64,000 nucleotides of DNA from Octopus vulgaris (GCA_951406725.2 OX597825.1:68758001-68822000), one strand, 5' to 3'; counted from the first letter of the stretch, positions 1 through 13,871 are shown. Translations and numbers: made by a program. Notes: a model not told the origin generated them from the sequence alone.

Positions 1-960
<960 letters not shown>

Positions 961-1325
961 TATGTTTGATTTAATGTAGAATCAACTTTTGAAGGATCAC
1001 CCATTCATTCTCAGGAGAGTTCCTATTTAACAATTTCTTTTTGTTTTTTTTACAAGGAAATGCTTAATAGTGACTCCGAAGTTTCTATTTACCAGCCGTC
1101 GTAATTTTGGTGACGTTTGGTAACCTGAAGCTTCGAAGTTACTGTTAACCTTTTCCCTGTAAAGAGTATTATATACATACATATCTACATACATATAGAG
1201 CGCGGGCCTGATGTTACACACAAAATGCGCCCCAGAATTGTTTAAAGACATGATTCGACTTTTCTAAAAGTGAATAAAATATACAAAATGATGAACGCAC
1301 ATGTATATCATGAACAAAGTAGTAC

Positions 1326-1426
<101 letters not shown>

Positions 1427-2697
1427 GAGGGCTGGGCATGCCGTGGTTGATGATGCGCAGACACGCGCTGAGACTGCGGCATCTCTGGCTCTATGTAGAC
1501 GACGGTGAACAGGTGTGGTCGCCGTTTGTGAGGCACGCTTTCCCGCAGCTCGTCTCCATGACCGAACTGCAGTCGTGGATCAAAAAGAGGCCGAGGAAGG
1601 GCGAATGGCACCGCGAGTGTCGCGTTGCTCTCAAGCAACTCTGCCGTCCTGGGTCGACCTTAAGTGACTTCAACACAACCAAAGCATTCTATAGGGGTTT
1701 AGTGGAGGGGAGGTACGACGACGAGCTCGGGGCGAACCTGGACGTCGACGAGGAGTACCTGACCCGCCTGTTCAGGACGACTTTCGGGCCAGGGCCCATG
1801 GACAACTTCCAGAGATCCCTGGCCTGGCAGTGCTACCGAGAAGCGCTACCCGTTCGGGATAAGCTCTACAGACACGGCTCGAGAAACACGGGGCCGACCT
1901 GCCCGAGATGCGGTCAGAGCGACGAAACCGTTCTGCACGCACTCGTTCAGTGTCCAACAATTTCCGACCTGTGGGCTTATGTCGAACAACTGCTGTCACG
2001 TGTGGGACGAGTCGGTTTATCAGCTGAGTCTATCGTCAATATTGTCACGCCTCCTTCCTTCAAACGGGAAGGAAGAGCTATTTTCATCATCCTTGTGGCT
2101 ATGGCGAAAGAATGTATCTGGTGGACGCGTCTGAAAGGATTGGAGACAAACACTTTCCTCTCTGGTCAATCTCTCATCAACTTCTTCAAGTACCACTTGA
2201 AAAGGAAAGTGAGAGTAGAGAGGCAAGTTTTGTCTAGCGAATGTTTTAAAAAAAGATGGGTGAATGTAGCAAGAATGGCACGTATGAATGACGAAGCCAC
2301 CTTGAGCATAGTCCTATGAACCCAGAAATCGAAAACAGAGAGTTGCTTATTTGCAAAAAAAAAAAAAAAAAGAAATATAAAATGTGACTTCATTGACCGA
2401 GGTTACCGTGGTCTTTTCCGTAGGCTTTTCTTTCCACGGGTAAACCTCACCTGTCCTCCCCTTTACACTTCATATTGACATTTCTGTGATAACGATCCCT
2501 ATTGATCAATTTTTTTTCCTCTCCCCTTTTTTTTTAACCCCCCTTTTTTTTGTCCTCTTTCTCTCCTTTTACGACCCCTTTTGATCGAAACTCCCCCTTC
2601 CTTTTTTTTTTTTTTTTTTTTTAAACCTTCAAAAGAAAAGCTCTACCTTGTAATTTGTTCTATCTGTGTGCAGCCCTGTGTGGCTAATAAAGAAACA
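1427..2697 (+). mobile_element. 5'-truncated Tx1/L1-clade LINE: ORF2 C-terminus (zf-RVT) plus 3' UTR
   Basis: Open frame to TGA at 2319. It starts at a (G)GLGMP motif and contains LAWQCYREALPV and the zinc knuckle CPRCGQSDETVLHALVQC. Pyrimidine-rich 3' UTR, AATAAA at 2686-2691, (TATC)n on both flanks. Confidence 0.88.
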
Positions 2698-2700
2698 TAT

Positions 2701-2715
2701 CTATCTGTCTATCTG

Positions 2716-2751
<36 letters not shown>

Positions 2752-2780
2752 CCTACCTACCTACCAACCTACCTACCTAC

Positions 2781-2835
<55 letters not shown>

Positions 2836-2860
2836 CCTACCTACCTACCTACCTACCTAC

Positions 2861-2891
<31 letters not shown>

Positions 2892-2904
2892 CCTACCTAC
2901 CTAC

Positions 2905-2963
<59 letters not shown>

Positions 2964-2985
2964 CCTATCTGTCTGTCTGTCTGTT
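2701..2985. repeat. (TATC)n/(TACC)n microsatellite
   Basis: Read directly; the same repeat lies 5' of the LINE at 1326-1426. Confidence 0.95.
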
Positions 2986-3138
2986 TGTCTCTCCGTCTCT
3001 ATATATATCTATTAATTGGAAGTTATTATTAGAAAGCAATTTTATGGATAACACTGTAGCATTTTTTATGCGCAGAAAACCCACTACTGAAACCATGCTG
3101 CCTGAATAAGCCATCAGGCGAATTTCAAGGCTCTCAGT

Positions 3139-3372
<234 letters not shown>

Positions 3373-3712
3373 ATCTCAGAATATTGTTTCCAACAGAGAT
3401 CTTTTCACATGTTTTAATAAACTACCAAGTATACCATTCATCACTTTAACATAGCGCCTTGTAGGCGTTAATTTTTATTAAGCATTTTTTCTTATGTTGG
3501 TATGAAGTACTGTATGAGAATTCCAATTATGTTCTACACTGATTATAGCGCTATTTTCGTCAACCTAGTTTTCACATGTATGTTAAGAGTGTATCATCAT
3601 ATTAACCACTTAGTGACGATGGAAATATTTTCTCCATCGTTTCTGAAATGTGTAAATACCTATTCGATTAACATTATAATTTTTTTTCTTATTAAGAAGT
3701 AATATATTGATT

Positions 3713-4126
3713 ACAAAATTTGGGACAAGGCCAGAAATTTCAACTTAACTGGTACTTATTTTAACTGTTACTTATTTTATCGACCCTGAAAGGAAGAAAG
3801 GTAAAATCGATCTCAGCAGAATTTGAACTTAGGAGGTGAAGACGAACGAAATGGCGCTAAGCAGTTTTCCCGGCGTGCTAGCGATTCTGCCCGCTCGTCG
3901 CCTAAAATAGTGGTTTCAAATTTGGGAACAAGGTCAGATAGTTCAAGGGAGGGGTTTAAATCGATTGCAACAATCCAAGTACTCAACCGGTGCTTATTTT
4001 AATGACCCTCAAAATATGAAAGGTAAAGTTTACTTCGGCGGAATTTGAACTCAGAACGTGAAAATGAACGTAATGCCTCTTAGCATTTTTGTCCGGTGTG
4101 TTAACGATTCTACCACATGGCCGCCT
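3713..4126 (-). mobile_element. two tandem copies of tRNA-derived SINE family C
   Basis: Minus strand reads GGCG..GGCAGAATCGTTAGCACGCCGG...GTTCAAATTC (A/B-box-like), then TTTCAGGGTCGATAAAATAAGTA. The same sequence recurs many times in the window. Confidence 0.8.
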
Positions 4127-4332
4127 TATTTAGAAATAAAATATTAAAATAGTGTATTGACAATAATACTACGTTTGTCCTGCAATGTGACATATTACCT
4201 GACTGGGCAGCAAATACTCACTGAATTCAGTCATTGCACTCCGGTCATGCTGGAGCACTGACTCCTAAACGTTCAGCCGACGCCAAAACGTATTTAGGCT
4301 ACAATATAAAGTCTATGCAACTGGTTAAGTAA

Positions 4333-4397
<65 letters not shown>

Positions 4398-4496
4398 ATA
4401 ATAATATTAGGGAGTAAATCCAAACTTACTGGGAAAAATTAGATTTACGATTAAATCTAATTTTATAGTATAAATATATATATAAATTATATATAA

Positions 4497-4532
<36 letters not shown>

Positions 4533-4542
4533 TGTATGTATG

Positions 4543-4632
<90 letters not shown>

Positions 4633-4715
4633 GGTCCCGGGTTGATTCGGGGTTAACCACAGTAAGTAAGGTACTCAATACATAGCAGAGTAAAATTAAT
4701 TTATTATATAGAAGG

Positions 4716-4766
4716 AGCTTCTACAGGACTAGTACTGTTTCATTCAAGAGAAATCTTCAGGAAGCT
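4716..4766 (-). ncRNA. hammerhead-ribozyme-like motif in a PLE pLTR remnant (about 4630-4920)
   Basis: Minus strand: agcttc-CTGAAGA-tttctcttgaat-GAAA-cagtactag-TC-ctgta-gaagct. Stem I agcttc/gaagct is offset by a bulge. Confidence 0.6.
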
Positions 4767-5310
4767 ATTTAACAAGAATTGTATTAGCATTTATACATTT
4801 AGGCAGGTTTAAAGGAGTGGTGGTGGGGGACTTTTTTGGGGGTAGGCATAGCGCAAAATATCATACTTGGGGAGTGGTCAAGGAGTCAGTGGTAAGTTAG
4901 ATGAAAGAATAGATAAATAAAAAAATAAAATAATAAAATAAAAAAATAAAAAAATAAAAAAATAAAAAAATAAAAAAATAATAAATATATATATATATAT
5001 ATATATATGTATATGGATATATATATGTATATGTATATACACACACACATATATATGTATGTATGTATGTGATGTATGTATATATATATATATATTATAT
5101 GTATATATGATGTATAAATTGTTAAGAGCTACTTAATATATGGAAACTGAGTTTCTTGTACGACAGTTCTTGTCTATTAGTATCTTAAAAATCAATTAGT
5201 ATCTTAAAAAGTGAGTCTTAATTAGAAATGATTTATCTCAAAGATGTTTGACAAAAATTAAAGATTATCTCTTGTTTTATGATGTCTTTTTTGTTTTATT
5301 TTTTTTATAG

Positions 5311-5447
5311 AAATAAACATCACCACTATAGAAGATATCGAAGAATTGGATAAAACTGATCGAGTTAGAGTTGGTGTTATTATAGGAGTGGCATTGCTGT
5401 TAATAGTATTCATACTTGTAGCATTCACCCTTTTGAAATTCAGATGA
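5311..5447 (+). CDS. probable terminal exon of a single-pass membrane protein (TM helix plus KFR tail)
   Basis: Polypyrimidine tract and TAG acceptor at 5286-5310. Phase-1 frame reads INITTIEDIEELDKTDRVRVGVIIGVALLLIVFILVAFTLLKFR*. AATAAA at 5540 and 5615. Confidence 0.65.
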
Positions 5448-5644
5448 TGTGGATTGGTTATTAAGAAAATGTATTTACCTTGTTTGTCGAAATGCATGTA
5501 TTTTTTTTTATCCTTTGTAAACTCAGTACAATATCTCAGAATAAAAGATATGAATATATATTATTTATTATATAACTGTTTATTTTCAATTTTATCCATT
5601 ACATTTGAAAAGTGAATAAAAAATGTTGTACTAATGTTGACTAA

Positions 5645-6066
5645 TACTCTTTACTCTTTACTCTTTTATTTGTTTCAGTCATTTGACTGCGGCCATGCTG
5701 GAGCACCGCCTTTAGTCGAGCAACTCGACCCCGGGACTTATTCTTTGTAAGCCCAGTACTTATTCTATCGGTCTCTTTTGCCGAACCGCTAGGTGACGGG
5801 GACGTAAACACACCAGCATCGGTTGTCAAACAATGCTAGAGGGACAAACACAGGCACACGAACATATACACACACATACATATATATATATATACATATA
5901 TACGATAGGCTTCTTTCAGTTTCCATCTACCAAATCCACTCACAAGGCTTTGGTCGGCCCGAGGCTATAGCAGAAGACACTTGCCCAAGTTGTTTCACAG
6001 TGGGACTGAACCCAGAACCATGTGGCTGGTTAGCAAGCTACGTACCACACAGCCACTCCTGCGCCT
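5645..6066 (-). mobile_element. tRNA-derived SINE family A, full length
   Basis: Head AGGCGCAGGAGTGGCTGTGTGGTA...GGTTCAGTCCCAC, CORE-like TTGGGCAAGTG, central (TA)/(TG) tract, (AGTAAAAG)n tail. Confidence 0.88.
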
Positions 6067-6232
6067 ATGTGCAGAAATGTTTATTCTTTTTTGTTCTTTG
6101 TAAGCAAATTCAGAAACGCTTCGAGAGGGACATTACTAGAGTCTTATCAAGCTAGGTGGGTTTTCTAAGATCATGGATATTGTTCCTTCATCCTGATCCA
6201 GCTAGTCAAAGGAAAAAAAAAAAAAGTAGAAT

Positions 6233-6650
6233 AGGCGCAGGAGTGGCTGTGTGGTAAGTAGCTTGCTAACCAATCACATGGTTCCGGGTTCAGTCCCACT
6301 GCGTGGCATCTTGGGCAAATGTCTTCTGCTATAGCCCCAGGCCGACCAATGCCTTGTGAGTGGATTTGGTAGACGGAAACTGAAAGAAGCCTGTCGTATA
6401 TATGTATATATATGTATGTATGTGTATGTATATATTTGTGTGTCTGTGTTTGTCCCTCTAGCATTGCTTGACAACCGATGCTGGTGTGTTTACGCCCCCA
6501 TCTTAGCAGTTCGGCAAAAGAGGCCGATAGAATAAGTACTGGGCTTACAAAAATAAGTCCGGGGTCGATTTGCTCGACTAAAAGGCGGTGCTCCAACATG
6601 GCCGCAGTCAAATGACTGAAACAAGTAAAAGAGTAAAAGAGTAAAAGAGT
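6233..6650 (+). mobile_element. SINE family A, full length
   Basis: Same organisation; inverted relative to 5645-6066. Confidence 0.88.
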
Positions 6651-6676
6651 ATCTCAGAACAAACCATGTGAATATA

Positions 6677-6985
6677 TCTTTTACTTGTTTCAGTCATTTG
6701 ACGGTTGCAGCGATGCTGGCGCACCGCCTTGAAGGGTTTTAGTCGAACAAATCGACCCCAGGACTTATCGGTCTCTTTTACCGAACAGCTAAGTTACGAG
6801 GGTGCAAAACACACCAACACCAGTTGTCAAGCGGCGGTACGACGCACTTCTTTCAGTTTCCGTCTACCAAATTCACTCACAAGGCTTTGTTCGGCCCTAG
6901 GTTATAGTAGAAGACACTTACCCTAGGTGTCACGCAGTGAGATTGAACCCAGAGCCATGCTGATAAGAAGCAAGCTTTTTATCAC
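6677..6985 (-). mobile_element. SINE family A, older internally deleted copy
   Basis: Diverged match to family A without the central microsatellite. Confidence 0.75.
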
Positions 6986-7091
6986 AAGATAAAATACATA
7001 TGAATATACATCCTTATAGTTATTTATTCATAACCATGCTGTATTGGTGCACCTCTAAATATCTACCGTACAGCTCTTTATTTTAATTATA

Positions 7092-7304
7092 TTCTCTCTT
7101 TTACTTGTTTCAGTCATTTGACTGCGGCCATGCTGGAGCACCGCCTTTAGTCGAGCAAATCGACCCCGGGACTTATTCTTTGTAAGTCCAGTACTTATTC
7201 TATCGGTCTCTTTTTTGCCGAACCGCTAAGTGACGGGGACGTAAACACACCAGCATCGGTTGTCAAGCAATGCTAGGGGGACAAACACAGACACACAAAC
7301 ACAC

Positions 7305-7346
<42 letters not shown>

Positions 7347-7509
7347 GACAGGCTTCTTTCTGTTTCCGTCTACCAAATCCACTCACAAGGCATTGGTCGG
7401 CCCGGGGCTATAGCAGAAGACACTTGCCCAAGATGCCACGCAGTGGGACTGAACCCAGAACCATGTGGCTGGTAAGCAAGCTACTTACCACACAGCCACT
7501 CCTGCGCCT
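7092..7509 (-). mobile_element. SINE family A, full length
   Basis: Very similar to the reverse complement of 6233-6650. Confidence 0.88.
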
Positions 7510-8256
7510 ATATATGCAGATTTGTCTATTTAATTTCAGTCGTTATGCATATAATAATATATAGAGGCCTATGATGTCACAGATTTCAGCTAAATCTTTA
7601 CTATGGATCTTTACTCTGCTATAGGAGACAAAGTCTTTTGTAGAAATGAAGCATATTTTTGCAGTCATAAACAAAAGACAAGGTACCGTTTTTGTTAAGG
7701 GATTGAGAAAATCCTGTTTTTATTGCTGTTCTCGCTCTTTTGCTTCAGGTCAGCTCTTAATGAAGAGATCTGTGATGAAAGCTATTTCAAATCTGACGAA
7801 CCTATGTCCTTTCTGTTTTTACTCTGGCATTGCATATCTAGGAGTACATTATCCCTCGTGTCTCTCCATTTCCAAGACGGCAAGGTGTAATCTGAGGATG
7901 ATTTGACTGCTATTTCTAGCTGGTTGAATAATCCCCAAGAAGCAGAGGTGGAAAACTTTTTTCCGTATTAGGGTCAGTTACTAAGTGCATAAAAATTTGC
8001 AGGGAATCAATTATACTTAAACAATAATGCGTATTTAATTGATCAAATTCAACATTTTAAATGCAAATGTTGATCTTAAGGGCGGACTTAAAATGTAACT
8101 CTTTTTTATACGGGTTTTTCAAGATTTCGTTAGCGGAAAATCTAATTTCGTTCACTCACAAGTAGTTCCAAACCTCTGCTTCTGCGACTTGTTTATTGGT
8201 TTATGAGGGAATTATTCAGTGATGAGAAGTAAACACAAACACGAAGTGATGCACGC

Positions 8257-9905
8257 ATACGTACATACATACATAAACACATACATACATAAACACATAC
8301 ATACATAAACACATACATGCATGCATGCATGCATGCATACATACATGCATACATACATACATACATACATACATGCATACATACATGCATACATACATGC
8401 ATGCATGCATGCATACATACATACATACATACATGCATACATACATACATGCATACATACATGCATGCATGCATACATACATACATACATACATACATAC
8501 ATGCATGCATACATGCATGCATACATACATACATACATACATACATACATGCATACATACATACATGCATAATACAAACATACATACATACATACATACA
8601 TACATACATACATACATACATACATACATACATACATACATGCATACATACATACATGCATACATACATACATGCATGCATACATGCATGCATACATACA
8701 TACATACATACATACATACATACATACATACATACATACATACATACATACATACATACATACATAATACAAACATACATACATACATACATACATACAT
8801 ACATACATACATACATACATACATACATACATACATACATACATACATACATACATACATACATACATACATACATACATACATACATACATACATACAT
8901 ACATACATACATACATACATACATACATACATACATACATACATACATACATACATACATACATACATACATGCATACATACATACATACATACATACAT
9001 ACATACATACATACATACATACATACATACATACATACATACATACATACATACATACATACATACATACATGCATACATACATACATACATACATACAT
9101 GCATACATACATGCATGCATGCATACATACATGCATACATACATACATACAAACATACATACATACATACATACATACATACATACATACATACATACAT
9201 ACATACATACATACATACATGCATACATACATGCATGCATGCATACATACATGCATACATACATACATACATACATGCATACATACATACATACATACAT
9301 ATACATACATACATACATACATGCATGCATACATACACATACATACATACATACATACATACATACATACATACATACATACATACATACATACATACAT
9401 ACATACATAATACATACATACATACATACATACATACATACATACATACATGCATACATACATACATACATACATACATACATACATGCATGCATACATA
9501 CATACATACATACATACATACATGCATACATACATACATACATACATACATACATACATACATACATACATGCATGCATGCATACATACATACATACATA
9601 CATACATACATACATACATACATGCATGCATGCATACATACATACATACATACATACATACATGCATACATACATACATACATACATACATACATACATA
9701 CATACATAATACAAACATACATACATACATACATGCATACATACATACATACATACATACATACATACATACATACATACATACATACATGCATACATAC
9801 ATGCATGCATGCATACATACATACATACATACATACATACATACATACATGCATCCATACATACATACATGCATGCATACATACATACATACATACATAC
9901 ATACA
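8257..9905. repeat. about 1.65 kb (CATA)n/(CATG) tandem array
   Basis: Read directly; it produces the long MYVC/HTYI pseudo-ORFs. Confidence 0.97.
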
Positions 9906-10220
9906 TTGTTTTGTTTTGTTTGTTCCTTCTCGAGCCACGCCTGGCTCATAAGGGCCGGTTTCCCGGTTTCCTTGGCGCATAGGTTCCCCACCTGGACGGG
10001 ACGCCGGTCCGACGCAGGTGAGCTGCAAGATGCAGGAGGAAAGAGTGAGAGAAAGTTGTGGCGAAAGAGTCAGCAGAAGTTCGACATTATCTTCTGCCGG
10101 GGTCGCGTGGAGCTTAGGTGTTTCGCTCATAAACACACACATCGCCCGGTCTGAGATTCGAACCCGCGATCCCTCGACCGCGAGTCCGCTGCTCTAACCA
10201 CTAGGCCATGTGCCTCCACA
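9906..10220 (-). mobile_element. tRNA-derived SINE family B (tail type ii)
   Basis: Minus strand: TGTGGAGGCACATGGCCTAGTGGTTAGAGC (A box)...GGTTCGAATCTC (B box)...(AAAAC)n tail. Confidence 0.85.
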
Positions 10221-10224
10221 GGAA

Positions 10225-10344
10225 AGGTTTACAGCACCTAGGTTTCCCAAGCGGTCACCAATCTAAGTACTAACTAGATTCGATGTTGCTTAACTTCGGT
10301 GATCGGACGAGAACCAGTGTTTTCAACGTGATATGGACGTAAGC
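10225..10344 (-). rRNA. 5S rRNA, diverged solitary copy (likely pseudogene)
   Basis: Minus strand, 120 nt: GCTTACGTCCATATCACGTTGAAAACACTGGTTCTCGTCCGATCACCGAAGTTAAGCAACATCGAATCTAGTTAGTACTTAGATTGGTGACCGCTTGGGAAACCTAGGTGCTGTAAACCT. Box A (AGTTAAGCAAC) and box C are recognisable. Several substitutions relative to typical metazoan 5S; no T4 terminator. Confidence 0.9.
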
Positions 10345-10390
10345 ACATACATACATACATACATACATAAATACATACATACATACATAC

Positions 10391-10548
10391 AACGGGCTTC
10401 CATTCTGTTTCCTCCAACCAAATTCACATTGAAAGCATTGGTCGGTCTATAGTAGAATATACTTGTCCAAGGTGCTTCGCAGTGGGACTGAACCCAAAAC
10501 TACATGGTTGTGAAACGAGCTTCTTACCCACACAGCCACGCCTGCGCC
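10391..10548 (-). mobile_element. SINE family A 5' half (old copy)
   Basis: Diverged family A head that leads into (CATA)n at 10345-10390. Confidence 0.75.
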
Positions 10549-10892
10549 AGCCTATTTAAATTATTTGTTTGAAAGTTGAACTGCACTACCTTCTAATGTC
10601 ATGAGAAATAAATTTTATCAAAATGTTTATTAATCAACTTTTATAGAATAAGAGACCAGCTTAATGGGGTATCTCCCAATCTGGAAATCTCTATCATATA
10701 ACTTGAACTTTGATTTCTGATACTTATATTTATTCAAATCTGCTTCAGTGAATTTATAAGTTCTTCCTATATAATATTATGCTATCTAACATCTGTTTGA
10801 GATAGAGAAAAAATCTTGAAAATATCAAAAGTAGCGATTATTTGGAAACGGTTATTAGAATTTTCAATTACTTTTTTTCTAGGTTTAATTTC

Positions 10893-10927
<35 letters not shown>

Positions 10928-11592
10928 ATAGATAAATAAATATTTCTCTATTACTTAAACTTAATTTCCATAATTTGTAAATGCATTTTTTCTCCATCCA
11001 GATGTTAGACGTGTTGAAAAATTAATTGCAATAATATTTGTATAGAATCGCAAAATAAACCGATATTATTCCATGCAAATAGATAAATGAAAAAAATAGA
11101 TAAATCAAGCCAAAATAAAAAATATAATAAACAAAACGTGCACTGGTTTATTTTAAATTGATTACATTTCAAAGACGCTTTTTTTCAATAACGTGATTTA
11201 TCGATGCAGTGTTACATTGATCCCCTAGACACTACTTAATCTATTAATATTCCGATGTTGGTTCTCGTCCAATCTTCCATCTGATTGTAATACAGAGATT
11301 AGGTAATATAATAAATAATCTTTGAATTCTTTCGAAATTAATTCTGAAGAAAAAAAAAATTTTTGAGAGTCAAAGCAAAGAAGGAAAAAAAGATATTTTA
11401 TATCTGACAAATTATTGAAATTCCTTGTATTGAAAACCCCAACAAAAGTATAAAAATAACAAAGAAAACAAAATAGAAAGAAAGCTTAATCACAGCAGGA
11501 TGCTGCACGAAGCTTATGAAAAAGAAATGAAGAAATTGCAAAGGTAAAAATTAGCGGAAATCATAATTTTCTTACCTGTCTCTAATCCTGTT

Positions 11593-12610
11593 ACAAATTT
11601 TGGCACAAGTTTAGTAATTTTAGTGGGCGGTAACTAGTCAATTACATCGATCCCAGTATTTGACTGGTATAATATTTTTTGATCCTGGAGGGAAGAAAAG
11701 GAAAGTTGACCTCGGTGGAATTTGAACACGGAACATAAAGAGCCAGAAAAATGCTGCTAAGTACTTTGAACGACGCAACTTTCTTTATAATAATTGATTC
11801 CAAATTTTGGCACAAGGCCAGCAAATTGGTTGGGAAGGAATTAGTCAATTACATCGACCTCAGTGTTCAACTGGTACTTATTTTATCGACTCCGAAAGGA
11901 TTAGAGGCAAAGTCGACCTCGGCGGAATTTGAACTCAGAACGTAGCGGCAGACGAAATACCTATTTCTTTACTACCCACAAAGGAGCTCCACAGAGAGGA
12001 CAAACAAGGGCAGACAAATGGATTAAGTCGATTATATCGACCCCAGTGCGTAACTGGTACTTATTTAATCGACCCCGAAAGGATGAAAGGCAAAGTCGAC
12101 CTCGGCGGAATTTGAACTCAGAATGTAGCGGCAGGCGAAATACCGTTAAGTATTTTGTCCGGCGTGCTAACGGTTCTGCCAATTCACCGACTTCACTTTC
12201 TTTATAATAATTATTTTTACTATTGGAGCAAGAAATGAAATTTTAGCGGGGGAGTTTAATCGATTACATCAACTCCAGTACTTTATTTTATCGACCCCGA
12301 AAGAATGGAAGGTAAAGCTGACCTAGGTGGAATTTGAACTTAAACCATAAAGAGAAGAAAAACTGCTTCGACGTGCTGTAACGACTCAGCTAGCTCACCG
12401 TCTTCTGTTTCAAATTTTAGCTCAAGGTAAGCAATTGGAGGAAGTGGGTAAGACGATTTCATCGATCTCCCATTAATTAACTGGTTCTTATTTTATCGAA
12501 AAGATGGAAAGCAAAATCGATCTCAGTGGAATTTGAACTTAGGACATTAAACCGGACGAAACGTCACTAAGCATTTTGTGCGGGTGCTAACGTTTTTGCC
12601 AGCTCTCCAC
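11593..12610 (-). mobile_element. head-to-tail cluster of about 5-6 SINE family C copies
   Basis: The motif GGAATTTGAAC recurs at about 11717, 11925, 12107, 12328 and 12528, always in the same orientation. Confidence 0.85.
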
Positions 12611-12619
12611 CTTACATCT

Positions 12620-13010
12620 GGATGGAAGCACTCTGTCGGTTACGACGACGAGGAGGTTCCGGTTGATCCGATCAACGGAACAGCCTGCTCGTGAAATTAA
12701 CGTGCAAGTGGCTGAGCACTCCACAGACACGTGTACCCTGAACGTAGTTCTCGGGGATATTCAGCGTGACACAGAGAGTGACAAGGCCGGCCCTTTGAAA
12801 TACAGGTACAACAGAAACAGGAAGTAAGAGTGAGAGAAAGTTGTGGTGAAAGAGTACAGCAGGGATCACCACCATCCCTGCCGGAGCCTCGTGGAGCTTT
12901 TTAGGTGTTTTCGCTCAATAAACACTCACAACGCCCGGTCTGGGAATCGAAACCGCGATCCTACGCCCGTGAGTTCGCTGCCCTAACCACTGGGCCATTG
13001 CGCCTCCACA
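12620..13010 (-). mobile_element. SINE family B (tail type i), full length with TSD
   Basis: Very similar to 50452-50838. TSD CCTTACATCT at 12610-12619 and 13011-13020. Confidence 0.9.
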
Positions 13011-13420
13011 CCTTACATCTAAAGTGTTTGGGAAAGACAAGTTTGGAGTTTAGAATTTGTAACGTAACTTTTGGTTGATTTTTATAACCACAGGTCAAAG
13101 CCTTACCCAGCACACCTATGAACAAAAGCATTCAAGTCCTGATCATCCTACCTTTTGTTCAGACAATGAACTGCATTATTTAGTATATGCTTCCTTTATG
13201 AAGGCAGTAACGTTTAATTTGAGCAAGGTTTAGCTGCTATTTCTATTAAGTTAAGTGCCAGCTTAGGATTTTTCTCGTTAGTTCGTTTTGAGTGTATTTC
13301 ATTGTACTCAAGTATATACACACATACACACATACATACATACATACATACATACATACATACATACATACATACATACATACATACATACATTCATGCA
13401 TACATACATACATACATACA

Positions 13421-13453
<33 letters not shown>

Positions 13454-13532
13454 GCAAATATTCGCAATATTCCGACGAACGGGAACGTGAAACTCCGAGT
13501 AACAGCTTTTGTTAAATTTCTGCTGCTTTTAA

Positions 13533-13582
<50 letters not shown>

Positions 13583-13646
13583 CTTCATAACAGAATATAA
13601 GGATAAAATCATGTTAATGATTTTTATCAGATAGTCAGCATGCTAA

Positions 13647-13698
13647 AAGTTTAGAGGTAATTTATACATTCAATTAATAATTGTATATATAAATATAT

Positions 13699-13797
<99 letters not shown>

Positions 13798-13828
13798 TTA
13801 ATTTAATGTATAAATTACCTCTAAATTT
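13647..13828. repeat. inverted repeat (36-bp arms) around (TA)n
   Basis: AAGTTTAGAGGTAATTTATACATTCAATTAATAATT versus the reverse complement of 13793-13828, two mismatches. Confidence 0.85.
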
Positions 13829-13832
13829 ATAT

Positions 13833-13871
<39 letters not shown>

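Noticed and set aside
4230-4335. Possible upstream exon ending at GTAAGT for the 5311 exon
   Set aside because: Overlaps a SINE tail remnant, has no good acceptor, and the open frame ends in a phase that does not fit.
8193-10154. ORFs of 200-650 aa (MYVC/HTYI repeats)
   Set aside because: Translations of the stop-poor (CATA)n array; open in several frames on both strands.
11593-12610. CRISPR-like repeat-spacer array
   Set aside because: Units are long, diverged SINE copies with homologous spacers; eukaryotic context, no cas genes.
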